This document shows positions 1 to 14,230 of a DNA stretch of 64,000 nt, piece after piece (position 1 is the first letter of the stretch; every line of letters starts with the position of its first letter). The notes beneath the pieces are model-generated. The model saw only the letters and a list, made by a program, of their open reading frames with translations. It had not been told where the DNA came from and did not search any database. The DNA is from Dimorphilus gyrociliatus. Lineage: Eukaryota; Animalia; Annelida. The position numbers and the translations under genes were made by a program. The stretch lies in NCBI GenBank assembly GCA_904063045.1, contig CAJFCJ010000023.1:806001-870000 (forward strand), read 5' to 3'.

Positions 1-963
1 TAAATAGACTGCAACAGATGATAAGGGATTTCAATCGGAAAACAATTCTTTTAAACTCTTCTTATAGATTTTACCAGTTCCATTCATTTTGTTTAGAGAA
101 GCGCACATATTCTCTGCAGATGGGAGGTGGAGGAAGGCGGGGTTAATGACGATGATAATGCTGATGATGATGATGTTGATGATAATGACGATGATGATTA
201 GAAGAGAAAGGAAGAAGAATAGAAAGAATTAAAAAAAAGACTCGAAATCTCTTTTAGAGAAACCCAGCCCTATATTTTTGTAATTTTGAAAAAGAAAAGC
301 ATGATATCCCCATTATCCTTAGGTAAAAGATCAAAGTGAAAAATTGTATCGCGTTGTATCTAAAATTATTCGTTTGTATTTAATGTAGAACAACGAATTA
401 AAAAAAAAGGCAATTAATTTAAGATTTTTATTTCTCTTTCTTCTATACGTTTCCTTTTCTCTATCTTTCTCCATCTTCTCTTTCTCACTCGGTTTCTCAC
501 TCTCTTTCTCTCTCTCTTTCTTTTTCTCTCTCTCCCTTACTCTCTCTTTCTTTCCACTTTTAGCACTTGTAAACCGTTTTAGTAGTCAAACAGAAAAAAA
601 GAAATACAAAGAGAAAGACATTGAGAAAAAAATAGAGAATAACTCTACTATAGGCTTACATGAACAGAACGATACAACGGCATAAACATTAGTCATCGGC
701 ATAGAGCAAAAGCCAAGCTAAACATTTTGTTTACCTCCTTACATATTTCTTTTCTAGTCGAATGATCTCAATGAGGGATCAGGTTTAGTCGAAAAAATAT
801 CGTCCTACTTTGAAGGGATTAGATGAGGGAAGGAGCGCCATCTGTAGTCAGTGCTCGGTACGTTGCTACGAGAAGCCAGCATGGCAGTCGGATTAGAGAC
901 AAGATATTGAACGGTTCGACGATCCCATGAACATATTGTATAGACTAAGAGTAGAAATATAAA

Positions 964-2520
964 ATGTACAAAGATTTCCAGCAGCCACTGGTCCACCTTC
1001 CAGTGGCGGCAACTTCGAGAAGGAGTAAAAGGTCATCTATTGACAAGAAGAACGTTACCGGTTTATTCTTGGCCGCGGAGGGAAATATTGAACCAAAGAA
1101 ACCAATTAGCGTTCCGCCGTTGGCTAGGTCGAGATTGGTTTCCAGAAGGCCTAAAACTCCCAGCGAGAAAAGGAGTCAAGTTGGTTTATTTCGTTTTTTA
1201 TAGATCAATAGACTTGTTTATTTCTTATATTGATTGCTTGTTCGTCTTTCCTATTGGAAATATGTAGAAATTGGTCGACTACTATAGAGGTAATGAAGTG
1301 AAGATAAGGTCCGGTTTTGTTGGAAATCGCTTAAAGGTAAATGCAAAGAGTTTAGGCTTGTTTAAAGTTTCACTTCCGATATAGAGCATGGATTCATTTT
1401 TTCTAATGCATTATTCATAAAAGAAGAGCGTTCAAAGACGAATTGATTAATTTAATGGCGTATCGATGATTTTCTTTTATGAATAGCCTATTGTTCAACG
1501 TTAAATTCCAGTTAAATTCAAGCAAACATTTTCACTCGCTTTCACTTTTTTTCTTCCCTTGCCCCTCTTCACACTACACCTTCTGAAAATTCAAAGAAAC
1601 GTCAACAGCAAAAGAGCTCTACCGTAGACAATAGCCGCGAATGGACTCCTTGCGCAATAGAAGAAGAATACTGGGAAATTCCCGCTCTGAGGAATCGCTG
1701 CTCAACAGCTCCAATAGCCGACGATGACGAGAATATCGACTACAAAAAGGAACTAAAAGGTCTAATGGATTGCTACCAAAAGGTCTGCGGGGTAAGTCTT
1801 TCTTTTTTAAAGAATTGATTTCTGCGAAACAATCACCTAGAATTTTTTAGGCCTAGACTCTTGACAAGTGTTATTGCTTATTCAAAACTTTTTTCATTCA
1901 ATATCTTTTCTATATAAATCATTTATATTATAAAAAGTCAAGAGAGAGAGAGAGAGACAAGGGAAGGGGGGAGCAGGAGGGAGTAAAGAAAAGGTGAGCA
2001 AAGAAGGAAGGAGCGGGTAGGTGGGGGTACCGAGAAAAGGATGGAAAGCAGGAACATTAAGAGGAGGACAGATAGTATAAATAGCTGACCGATAGATTAT
2101 TCAGACAATTTGTACCAGCCTCATTTGATCTCTCCATCAGCTTATTAGCACTAGAATGTACTTTTTTCAAGTGTGATAATAGAACGTAAAACAGAATTCT
2201 TTTGCAGGCGACCTTGTCAACACTCTCTTCCCTGCAAACATTACTGCCTCGTAAACGCTCGCAATCTAGACCTGATCATAACAAGGATTTCCTTTCGATA
2301 AGGTAAATATTGACATTGCTCATATTTTCACCCAATTAAAGAATTTTGTGCATATTTACACGATAGAAGCTTTCAAAGTCCCAGTCAAGCCGAAATAATG
2401 GCCATTTTCCCCCCTCAAGTAACCTCTAGACCTAAAACGTACCCGCACGGAACGTTACGCCCTCTCTCGACTACCCAAGGAACTTTCTACAGTGTAAAAG
2501 GTATTGTTAAGCAACCTTAA
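964..2520 (+). CDS. Multi-exon hypothetical protein (orphan); 3' exons well supported, 5' end uncertain
   Basis: Phase-consistent chain: an exon ending 1791 (...EEEYWEIPALRNRCSTAPIADDDENIDYKKELKGLMDCYQKVCG|gtaagt), exon 2208-2302 (ttgcag|ATLSTLSSLQTLLPRKRSQSRPDHNKDFLSI..|gtaaat), a 64-nt intron, and exon 2367-2520 (RSFQSPSQAEIMAIFPPQVTSRPKTYPHGTLRPLSTTQGTFYSVKGIVKQP*). ORF 964-1203 is the likely upstream exon, but its donor and the acceptor of the exon ending 1791 are ambiguous. No domain recognised. Confidence 0.55.
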
Positions 2521-3031
2521 TTAATTAATTAATTGATCGGCTGAAATTGATTCGAAAGATCCGAGCGTTAGAATGGTTAGATTCTGCGTTTGATTGAAAA
2601 CATTTTGCGTATTTCCATGTATTCAACGTTTATTAAAAGCGTTTGCCTTTTATTTTTTTTTTTAAAAAAAAACTATTAATTTTCTAGATTCTAGACCAAA
2701 TCATCTTTTGATGATATAATTTTAAAGAACTTTCAATAGGTTTAGTTAAATCCATTAACATTTCAATCGCTAAAAAAAGACAGCCTTTGATATTGAGGTA
2801 GTTTTTTTTTCACCTTTTACGCCTCCCCTATTATTGATTAAGCAGGAAAAATAGGCCTATATATTAAGCAAAAGCGTACAATTGAAGTTAGGAGTACTCA
2901 AAGGCGTTACTCCTCTTTCTCTGCTCTCTTGGCCCCGCTCTTTGCTTCAACCCCCTCCTTTCTATTCTATGCTCCCTTCCTTTTTTACTGCTATCTCTCT
3001 TCTTGGTCTCTGTCCCTCATTTAAACCCATA

Positions 3032-3035
<4 letters not shown>

Positions 3036-3089
<54 letters not shown>
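3036..3089. repeat. (CT)n microsatellite (one of dozens of CT/AG tracts in the window)
   Basis: Read directly; a similar (AG)n tract lies at 17065-17104. Confidence 0.95.
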
Positions 3090-3092
<3 letters not shown>

Positions 3093-6000
3093 CCTCTCTC
3101 TCTCACTTTAGCTTGCTCACAAGCTCGAGTCCCTCACTCTCTGGCTCTTCGGCGCTCTCGCTACAAGTGCGTGTGTATGTACGTATCTCTTTGAGACTCT
3201 CTACTCTTTTGTGTCTTCACTCGATGCAATAGCTGTCAACCAAATACCAATCAAGAAAATTTTCGATTATTTAATAAGATTTCTAAAGAAAACTAATAAA
3301 ATAGCTTAAAGACAAAGGAAATAGGGAAGAGACAATCGTAGGATCGTTGTATATTTCGTAAAAAGAAAAAAAGAGAGATAAAGAAAGTAAATATCTTGTG
3401 TCGAATCTCTGCATTCTTCAAGTTTGCTGCTTAATTTGCCTGACTCGGTAAAAGAAAAGTATGATGAGAATTTCGGCTGCATTTCGTCGTACAACTGATT
3501 GGATACTTCAAAAGTTTCATAACAACTCAACTTCTGGTAAGATAATAAGATTATGACGAGTAGATAAGTAAATTGGGATGAATTGAATTCCCTAGTAATT
3601 TCTCTTTTTTTCTTTTTTTGTGTATGTCTGTTTGGAGAAAAGATTCCTTTCTTCCTTAACGAGTAAGGAGAGGGAGCAAGCATTAAAACTATATAATTAG
3701 CAAGGTCATTCAATAAAGTCGCAGTAGATAACAAAAATTGGTGGGTTAGAGAGTTTGTCCAAGTGAAGAATCTTTATCTATATTGCGTGTCTGTGTCTTG
3801 ATTGCCTTAGTTAAATTTTTATCCCCACTAAGCAAGTTCTTTCTTTGTTTTTTTTTCTCTCTCTCTCTCTCTCTCTTATATATATGTGTATACGCTCCCT
3901 CTTTCACTCTCTCTCTCTCTCTCTCTTTCAACGAAAAGGTGAACAAGTGGAAATTTATCGAATTAAAACAATTTTCTTTCTTTACTTTCATAGTAATTAT
4001 TCTATTAATATTTCGACAAAAAATTACGAGGTTTTGCTTTCTGATAAAAAGGTCTTGTGTTATTTCTTTCTTTCTCTCTCTCTCTCTCTTCTATTCTATT
4101 CTATCCTTAGATTTTTTCCCCGAATGACGACATTTAGCTTTAGAGATGACGGGGAAGCTTTAACGCAATTATCACTACTATGAAACGTTTAGGCTAATGA
4201 AAGAAGCCCCTTTTATGATGATTAGCACCTGGGAAGATGTGAAAGAATGAATTCTTTCGGTAAACTGAGAATCGTAATAAAAGTGTACTTAAAGAACTTT
4301 AAAGCGCCTAGATGACTATTCATTCTCGCGGTATAAGTTACCTTTAATTACCATTGACTTTGTTTTTACCCGAATTTATGACAGAGTGCCTTTTTTCTGT
4401 TTGCCTTTGTAGCAAGTTGCTTTCTGTAGTAAGTTATTTAAGAGCTTGAAAGACAGTATAAATTGATATATGTTACGTACATTCGTAGTATGCTATGCAG
4501 TTATAGCAGTTATATAGAGTACACGTTTACATAGAATAATAATCAGTATAAACAGTATATCTACAGTATACGATATACTGTATAACTGCATACTCTATAT
4601 ACAGCGCATAGGGGAGCTGTAGTTGGCTTAAATAGCGTGTTTGTAGAATTCGCATTTTGATTGGATATTTAATTAAGGCAGTGCCTACGAAATCGGTTAA
4701 GACTTCATTTAAATAATACGGATTTTGCATTAGAGAAGGCCGCCAAAGGCGGGTTTTTCGAAGAGAAAAATAGGAACAACCTAAAAGATGCTTATTTAGC
4801 AGTTAATCAAATGGAAGGAGGAAGAGTTTTTCGTTCGGATTAGAGGATTAACCTAATCCGGTTCTCCAAAATCCCAGTTTTATATAATCCTAGAGAGGAG
4901 ACAGGAGTGAAAAAACTCTTTTTATGCCTTTTTTTTTACGCTTTAATGAATAGTATACAAGTATACTGTATACAGTATTTATATTCCTTTCAACTGTTCT
5001 ATATAAAAAAAAAGACTGTCGTAATCAACCGAAAAAAGGACGTGTTTTTTTAGCCGTCGAAACGATTAAGCATATTGTACGTTAGTCGCCTCCATATATA
5101 AGTAATAGAAAGGTAAAAGAAAACTGCAAGGGGGAAGAGAGAGAAAGGAATAGAACATGACCCATAGCGAGAGAGAGTGAGAGAGCAGGAAACGAAAAAC
5201 TTTCTGGATCTCTCCAGTTAGTCTAATATACTATATGTACATTATAAGCTTAGGATTGTAGATATTGTCGCTTTTATTATCAACAAATGAGAAACACAAA
5301 AGTAGGAAAGGAAGAAAGTGAATAGGAATTAGAGATAAATTAGGGAGCAATTAGAAATAGAGGAAATAAGCATTGAAATTCCCTGCTTATCATAGCATCT
5401 TGGCCTTTAATAATTATTTAATAAAGATTCTATACCCCAGCATTTTCTCTTCCTTCGTCTTCGTTGATTATTTGTTAAAGAAATGTCTCGATTCATTTAC
5501 CTGTTGATTCATTCGTTAGGTCATCAATCCGTCTGCTTGTCTGTTCGTTTATACGTCTGTCTGTCTGTCTGATTCACCGGTTTGCTAGCTGGTTGGTTGG
5601 TTGGTTGGTTGTTCGGTTGGTCGTTAACCTGTGAGAGAAGGGACTATGATATATTCGGATGGTGTGTAGAGGAAGGGAGGGGCAGAGGAATGATTAAACA
5701 CACTCTTGCCTATTCAGTATATCTATTATCGTCAAATTATTGTTTTGTTTTCGTCGTGTCGTAATAGATTTGTTCGTAATCGCTTCTGCTCTTTCAGTAA
5801 GATCTATAGAAGCAAAGAATAAGAAATAGTTGAATAAGGAGATAGATAGATGGATAAAATGAATTAGTGAATAGATCTTCTTTTCGATTAATTAGGCAAT
5901 GCTCTTATTAAGGGGCCGCTTTTGGAAGACGCTAATTAAAAAAAATATATAAAAACTACGAGTATTTTTAAAGTGAATAGAACGCAAATGGAGAACATTG

Positions 6001-9000
6001 CAAATTGTTCTGGCACTCTAACTTATATCCATATCCATCCTCCTTCTTCGCCTGTTATTCCATACGTCAGTCTAGGGTTGTTTTACCGCTCCGCTCCCAT
6101 TTTATTCATTTTGCTCAGACTATCTATCCTTTAATAGGGAGTGAAAATGGCTAGTATGTCTGCTTGTTTGTTTATTTTACTCTTATCCATTTGTTTTCAA
6201 CCATCGTCGAATTTGTACAGAAAGGATAGATATGTACAAGTAAACCTTTCAATACGATAATGGCGTATAGGATTGCGATAGTGACTTTTTTCTCGTATAG
6301 TTTGTTTAGTTGTAGCCGTGTGTATAGACGAGGTAAGATTAATCATTGATCTCTTCAATATAATTAATAGCGTGAATAGCTAGCCAGTTGTGTAATCTTT
6401 CGGTTCGAATGAGTAGAGAAGAGAGTGAAAAGAACAGTCTGTGCGGTACTTTTATCATAAATTCTAGACTTATCTGCACCTTATGGAAAATAAAGTATCC
6501 CTTTTAGATTGTGAGTATTAATAGCAAATTCTCTTTCTTTTGTTTTCTTTTTTATCTGACGGCTTACGTCTATAAATAGTTTTGAACAAGTGCGATATTT
6601 GAAAATTTTCCGCCCGTTTCATTCCAATCATTCAACCCTGCTTTAATTATCTAATTAGATTGATTTTCGATTTTTTTCTATCTATATTGAAATAAATGAG
6701 GGTAAAAGATAATGACGAGAAGGGTTTTTTTCTCATTCCATTTAGAGGAAACAAACAGATAAATATATAGAAAGATTGATGAGAAACGGCATTAAAGTCT
6801 GAATAATATCTTGTGTAATTGAACGTCCTCTCTTCTCAGACGTAATTTGGCCATTTCCGACCTATTAGATAGCTAAAAATATAAAAAAAAGGACATGTAA
6901 CGCTGCTTTAATTCTGAGAAAGTGTACAGGTTTTTTTACCATTTATTTTTCAAAGGCCAACTCTAGCTGATCACGTTCCGCATTAGTAGTGAATGGAATA
7001 AAGTCATTTTTGCTCCACCCCCCGCCCACCTGTAATTATCACGCATTATGAGAAAAGTAAATTGTTGATATATTTATATTAGATAGTGAAATTAGCCAAT
7101 TTATTGATCTGTCCAAATATCTCTCTTGAATTCTCTTTCTCTCTCCGTCTCTCTTTCCCTTTCTCTTCTCTTAACATTAAACTGGAGAAAAACTTTGAAG
7201 AGAACGGACAAGAATTGCTTCATTAACGGTATTGATTTCATTTTGAGATTCATTAAAGAAACGAAAAGAAAATATTTGGATTTGAAAAATTATGCAGAGT
7301 AAGTAAATTTTCTCTGTGACGTCTCTAGGTAAATTGCTGGAATGTCTAAGCATATTTTCCCCTCTTTTTCTATTCTCTTTGGCTAGCATTAGTGTGTATG
7401 TGTCCCACTGTCTGCCTGTTAATCAATCCGTCTTTTCCTTTCTTCTAACGCCTTATTTACAACTTATGGCTTGTAACAAATAGAGAAAATGAGCTAGTCT
7501 TGACTTCCGCCAAGTTCTAAAAGTGTGCAAAAAAAAAGAAATGAACAAGAAAATGAATGTAATTACTTTCTGTGTTGTAAGAAGGCCTATATATAAGGTA
7601 TATCAATTACATAATCGAATAGGTAGTGTTGTTTTATTTAGAACAACCTAATCTAACCTCTTCTAGCGCAAAAAACATAGTATTTACATTCTTTTACTAT
7701 CATTCGCCCTGTACGTTTGTCTGTTTGTCTCTTCCTAGTCTCGTCTCTCCCTGTCTCGCTTTCTCCAATTTTATTTCCCTGTTTCTCGCTTCTCGTTCCA
7801 ATTGTTCGTTTCATCGATTCCCTATCCACTCACATCGTGGAGTGAAGCCGCAAGCTAAAAACAAAAAAAGAAATCTTTAAATTTCTAGCTTTCGGGCGAA
7901 AGAAACTTATAGTAGAAAAGACTGGAATTTTTCAAATAGATTCCACTCAAAATTCGACCATAATGAAAAACAGCATCCAATCATTTCCTTCAGATTAAAA
8001 AAAAAGCAGATAGGGAGAGAGGAAGGAGTGGAAAAGGTAGAAGATGGCTGCTAAGGGGTGAAAGTAGGCGCCATCTATTGTACTTGAAACTTTATTAGTT
8101 AGAAAACAAAATAAAGAGTGAAAGAGAATGAAATAGATGAGTTGATGATAATTCTGAGGGAGTAAAAGAGAATTTTCGTCCTTTGTAAAGAAGAAAAAAG
8201 TAAAGAAATTGCAAAGTAGTAGATAATAACGGAGTCGGAAACTCTCCTTAAAACATCTATTGAAATGACGACTGTAGAGGAGAGAGAAGCAAGGTCTTTT
8301 CATTTAATTTGTAAATGATCGAGTATCGTTGGAGGGAAGGAGGGAGAGAGGAAAGTAAAATTTTAGAATACATATGCCGCGATTTGAAACCATTAAAGCT
8401 TAAAAATTGTAATCAAGATGGGAAAAGAGGCTTTGAAGTCGGTGTTTGATTTAATTAAACAAAGCCCTAATCGAAATTACCGACTATTGGCTAAAATAGA
8501 AACCGGTGCTGGGTTTATTAGAGAATGAGAAGTATTAATGTAATAGTTCGTCAGCAACGGGTTAGAATCGAGAAAAGGCGAGAGTAAGGCTGTGGTAACG
8601 GCTGCTGTCTCATCAACCCGCACAATTCGTATTTAATGGCGCAGAGCATGTGTAGGAAAATAATACGTCTCTGCACAAACAGACAGAGAAGATAGGGATG
8701 ATCTGTAAGGGGAGGAATAGTCTTGGATAATCAAATTGAGAGTCTTTTCAGTTTGGAATGCTAAATTTTCCCCTCAATTTCTCTCTCAGGCTTGGCGTCT
8801 AATTTATCGAATTTTAGGGCGTTTATTTTCGTGTATTTGCTTTGTTTTATTAGAAAAAATTTGCGGTTTGATCAAAAGCCGATTTAGTTGAGGAAAGATG
8901 ACAAAAGGAGACAATAATTTACAGCAAATGCGCCGTTTATTACCTTAACTATAATTGAGATCGGATTACTGACTGGTTGATTATAACCAAATTGGATGGC

Positions 9001-9482
9001 TAGACGATCATATTGAGTCTGAGGATTCTTTTTTACTTAAGCCGAGTTGGCTAAGATTAGCGGTTAATCTGGAATATTTTGGTATTAGGGAGGAGAGAAA
9101 ATGGACGTTTAGGATTTAGCGACGAGTGGGTTTATTATTATACGTGCGTATGTGTGAATGAATGAATATAGTGTATTGTATGTGTGTGTAAGTCTGCATG
9201 TGCGTGTGTGAAAGATGATGAGTTGGGAAATGTAAAGATTATATGAAAGAAAGAAAAGTGTTGGTTGAAGGAATAGAGAAAGGGATTGCAAATAGTAAAT
9301 ATGTACAAATATCTCTGTGTTTAAACGTAATACAAAGTGAAAAGCGAAAGAAGAAAAAAAAACGCCTACACACTCATTGTGTTCTTAATTGTATACGTTG
9401 TAGTAATATATTGTAGATAGTATAATGTAGTGCATATATTAGTATATATACAGTATATATCTATAAAGATACACACATACAC

Positions 9483-9524
<42 letters not shown>

Positions 9525-10034
9525 TGCTGTATAATGTCTATATTAGAATAAACACAGTACTAAGTAAATTAGAGACTTGGGGGTTTGTCAAAATATATAA
9601 ATACGACATTAATTAATGAGCGTACGTGTAAGAAGAGTACAGAAATAAATTCTACATGATATTTATCCTGCATCAATGTATAGGTCGATGTTAGGAAATA
9701 AATAAAAATATATATAAACTAGACGTATATACAACTATTCGGTATAGATGGGAATGAGTTTAAGAAGATGATGTGATATATGCATGTTTACAAGGTATAT
9801 AGAAGATATACGGATATACCGTATATGCACCTTATTTACATATAGCTATTTGCTCAATTATAGCATTTACAAACAGTAAGCGGTGAAAAAACAAACTTAA
9901 ATTCTACCTACTTAGACTGTTTATACAAATACACCAATTAATCATTAATTGATATGGTTATGTTAAACCGTTCAAGGTCAGAGTTGGAAAAATGCAAAGA
10001 GAAACGTTCTCCGTCTAGGTGTCGCTTCACTTGC

Positions 10035-10040
10035 TATAAA
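10035..10040 (+). promoter_or_regulatory. Candidate TATA box upstream of the 10138 gene
   Basis: cTATAAAg about 100 nt upstream of the ATG at 10138, in a locally GC-richer island. Confidence 0.35.
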
Positions 10041-10137
10041 GTCAGCGCCTCCACACTTTCTGACATCTGACAAACAAAGAGATCGGTTTTTTAAAATCGC
10101 ATTGCCATTCTATTAGACAAGTACACAATTACCCGAA

Positions 10138-13100
10138 ATGGGGGAGACGCTAACCAAATGCGGAAGAGGAGAAGATACACCGCGTAAGTTTTTCAGAAAA
10201 TTCTCCTTCCTTCTAATCATTGTCGCATCGATTTGCTACTATGTCGCCTAATTACTTGGTGTCAGTCAGTACTGTTTGCAGACGGATACTGCAAGATCTG
10301 CAATAGGTTTATGTAATTTGAGTGCTTCTAGTCTGAGATCTTGGATTCTTAGCATTTTTCGTCCGTAGTGTGTTTACGATTGGCGCGAGTCGAGTCGGTG
10401 ATTAATGGCTGTTGTTTGTCATGGAGAGATAAACAGATAATATTATTTGTAGGGTAAATATAGGCATTGTTTTTCGCCTCTGTGTATGCTAAAAACGTTT
10501 GCGTAAATATTGTCAAATAACTTTTACCAGTTTATTCGTGTAGATTAATTCTCCTAGAGTAATTACCTGTAATTAAGTAAAATGTAAACAAACTTAACAT
10601 TTTATCTCTTTCAAGCCCAAATATATCTTCAATTCTTTCCCTTTTCCTTTTCCCCTCTCTTCCCTCCACTATACACTATTTGTTTTTTGTTTTTCCTTTT
10701 TTATCCTATTCTATTGACTAAATATTTCCTCTTTTTATTCTTCTCATCTTCTCACTTTCTCTGCCTCCATCATCTTTTCATCCTCTTCATTCTTCATTTT
10801 CTCATTCTTAATTATCTCGCCGTCGTCGTCGTCGTCGTCGTCCGCTACTTCTTCTTCTTCTTCTTCATCCTCCTCCTCCGCATCCTCGTTCTTTCTCTCT
10901 TCTCCTTTCTCCCCTCCTCCTCAAGCCACCCACCAACAATCGTATTACATTTTATTTTCTCCTACTCTGTCCTTTATTTTCTCTTCCTGCAATTTCTAAG
11001 TAATAAAAATAGTTTGTCACGGGTGACAAACGACAAAACTAGTCGTTTATTATCCGCCTCAAAACCCATTGCAAACTCTCAACAAATCACAATTAGGAAA
11101 AAGGAGAAAACAACTCTTGAGCTAGTTCTTTTCTTTATGGGGGTTCCACATGCTGAGAAAACTGTTATAGAGCACTTTCATTAATTCTACTTTCGATTTG
11201 ATATTTTTGGTTACCAAGTAATTTCTTGATTACAAAGAATTGCTGTTTGATTTCGTATTTAATTTTTTAACTTGAATTTTGTTACGACGATTATTGAAAG
11301 AATTTCTTTTCTCAGCCTATTCAAATCTTTTTCCGCTATTTGTTCTCTTCCGAGTGCCTGGATTAGTTTTTTTTTTCGTTTTTTTCCCCATATACTAACC
11401 AAAGCCTATTGAAACCTTTCTATACAAACAGATGTTTTACTTTGGTCAAGTGTATAGTTTGGAGAATATTATTATATTTATATATATATATAGATATATT
11501 ACTAATATATATATATATATATCTTGTTTATTTCCTACATTTATTTATACAATGCACACATTTTAAGCGATAATCAATCGTGTCCTATTTAATTTACATC
11601 ATGGATGAACAAGTACACAAGTGGTTTATCACGTAGTCACGTGTCATTTGTTTGTTGCTAAATTTGGCTTAAAATGCTAACGATGTAATGAGCAATAACG
11701 GAAACGACAACTTTTACTAAGGAAATTAAGCCTGGTTATTGAAATATAATCACATATATTTCGTAGATAGCGCTGTTTTAGCGAGGGTTGATTAGAAATT
11801 TAGTTTAGAAATATTGTAGTTGAATAGGAAGAGAAGCGCGCTGTTTTGATTTAAAAGCGCGGAATATTTACATTTGATTTATATTCTTTTCTTTCTTTTT
11901 TCATAATGAAAAACTAATACATTTTGCAACTTTTATGTATTTTTCCCGTCTCTTTAATCTCTATACAATATTTTACCAAGTTTATTAGGCATGTAAAGTA
12001 CAAGTAGACTTGTATACAGTACATAATGTATTTGCAGTAGTTTGTGCAGTAGTTCGTGCAGTCTATATAGTATACAGATATTTATGCTATATATAAATAT
12101 ATATAATTGCTTATGCATGTATATGTGTGTACAGTATGCGTAGATATATAAATATATATATATATATATAGTGTATCTCTTATACTGTCCATACTTCTGT
12201 ATGAGAAAATAAGGCAACAGGCTGTAGGCAACAGGATAATCGTAGGTGAAAAGAGAGTCATTTAAAGTGGCTAGTTGTACGTATTCTTATCAGAGCGCGT
12301 GCCTACATGAGGACATACAGAAGGGACCTCATTTGTCCAACCAATCTATGTACGTTTTGCCCGCAATTTCTTTTCGTATTACTAGCGTTATTTAAAGGAG
12401 AATTTGATTGTGAATAAAATGTGATATTGGAGGAAAAGAACATTTAAAAGTGCTTGTATTTTTTTAATTAATTGAGACGAAAGAAGCTGAGATGCGATGG
12501 ACCAAGAACTGGGATGATGAAAAATATCGGCTTTCCTTCCAAGCAATAGTCCTATACCGTCTCTTGCGATAACAATGTGGCTAATAAGCGAATTAATTGT
12601 AAATCATATGTTGGCGTTAATAGGGCCGTTTACAATTTTGTTTAAGAGATAAAAAATATTTCACACAGAAATAGATTCTTACAAAAGCCTTCTCTCCCTT
12701 CCCCCCTTCACCCGCTGTAAATGGATTTAACCGTCCAAGATGTAATCATCGCAACTGTATATTATGTTCCGTAGAACAGCAGATTCGTTAGTGCACTTTT
12801 CTTTTGTCTATAGCCAATATTTAAAGTATATCATTCTGCAATTATACAAATAGATAGTACATAGGGGAAGCACCTATATACAGTATATTCAGTGTACCAA
12901 TCTATCCGAGCTTGTTGTGATGGTTGCTTTGAAAATACTGTGGTAACTGGTAACGTAGCTTGCTCAGCGTGGCGAGGGGCAGGCAAAATGAGGAAAACAA
13001 GCGGAAGCGCTCGCCTGTCGCTAACAGGAAAGAGAGGAAAAGAAAAGATACGAAATAGGCATATAAACATGTTTTAGGGCAAGAACAAATAGAAAAAGAA

Positions 13101-13306
13101 GATAATTCAGCATAAAAATTGAGATGAATGAAAAGGAGGCAATGCAGAGTTTAGTTTGTGCTACTTTAAGTTTATAATCAATTAACTCTGTCCGCTCTCT
13201 CACACGACCAAAAGCACAGCCTGAGGAGAGTCAGCTTTTAGCATACCCTATAGCATTCATTCGACTGGTTACATATTCTTTAAACGCTAATCCTCTCTTT
13301 TTCTTA

Positions 13307-13341
<35 letters not shown>

Positions 13342-14132
13342 TTCTCGTCTGCATTTCTTTTTTATTCTTTCCCGACAACTGTTTTCCTTCGCCATTTTCG
13401 TGGATTGGATTTCTTTAACAAAGAAGGTTTAGGAAACAAAACTTCCAACTAACCCTAGCCGACTAGCGTTACGCTAAAAAGAAACAAAATAGGCTTAGCT
13501 TGTACCACGAAAATATTACCATGTTCAAAAAAACAAAACGTATGAAATTGCATCCTTTATTATCTCTCCTTTCATGAACAGAAAACATCCTAACAAATTT
13601 AGTTGGGGGAGAAGCGTCGCTGGACGCCTTTAGCTGAAAAGAAAATAGATCCTAGTTTCGAGAAGATGGTATTATCTAAGGCAATTCGCTCTCCTCGAAA
13701 AACGCTTTGTGGGTTGAGTATCGCTCAAAAGATGCTACAAATTTAAAAGAGTGGCAAATTCGCCGTTGGGTGTCTAGAACGCTCTCTGAAACTGTTTAGG
13801 ATTAAAAGGAGAAAGAGGAACATTTATTACTACGTAATTTATTCGTAATCAACGATATCAGGTGTGAAGTAAACGCTGGAAAAATTAGTGAGACAGTTTC
13901 GTTTAGGGAAAGAAATTAAAGCTGCTGTTGTAAAAGTGCTGCGAATAGATTGAAAAAAGGCCTATTTACGAGAATAGATAATAAGCCTATAACTTTTAGT
14001 AGAGTATGCAAGAACAAAAAAAAAAAGAATTCCATACGCATCTACTTAGTTACAAATAATTATTTAAATAAACGTTGTATATATCTTATGTACTTGAAAT
14101 ATCTGCATTTGTATTATATGTATAGATGAGTA

Positions 14133-14172
<40 letters not shown>

Positions 14173-14194
14173 CACTATATATTAATATATATTA

Positions 14195-14230
<36 letters not shown>

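Noticed and set aside
121-200. Acidic Asp-rich terminal exon (WEVEEGGVNDDD…*) after tctctgcag
   Set aside because: It is mostly a (GAT)n microsatellite, and the upstream gene lies outside the window so it cannot be tested.
6147-6239. Signal-peptide-like MASMSACLFILLLSICFQPSSNLYRKDRYVQ|gtaaac
   Set aside because: Hydrophobic runs arise easily in T-rich DNA, and the only phase-matching downstream exon (~6390-6507) gives no recognisable peptide. Left as unsupported.
10687-11184. 165-aa Phe/Leu-rich ORF and the many similar F/L/S, R/E and Y/I ORFs in the track
   Set aside because: These are translations of (CT)n, (AG)n, (TA)n and pyrimidine tracts, with no splice or domain support.
13600-13745. 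Protein-like frame LGEKRRWTPLAEKKIDPSFEKMVLSKAIRSPRK… in intron 1 of the 10138 gene
   Set aside because: Its acceptor phase does not match the flanking exons, and it has no start codon or recognisable motif.
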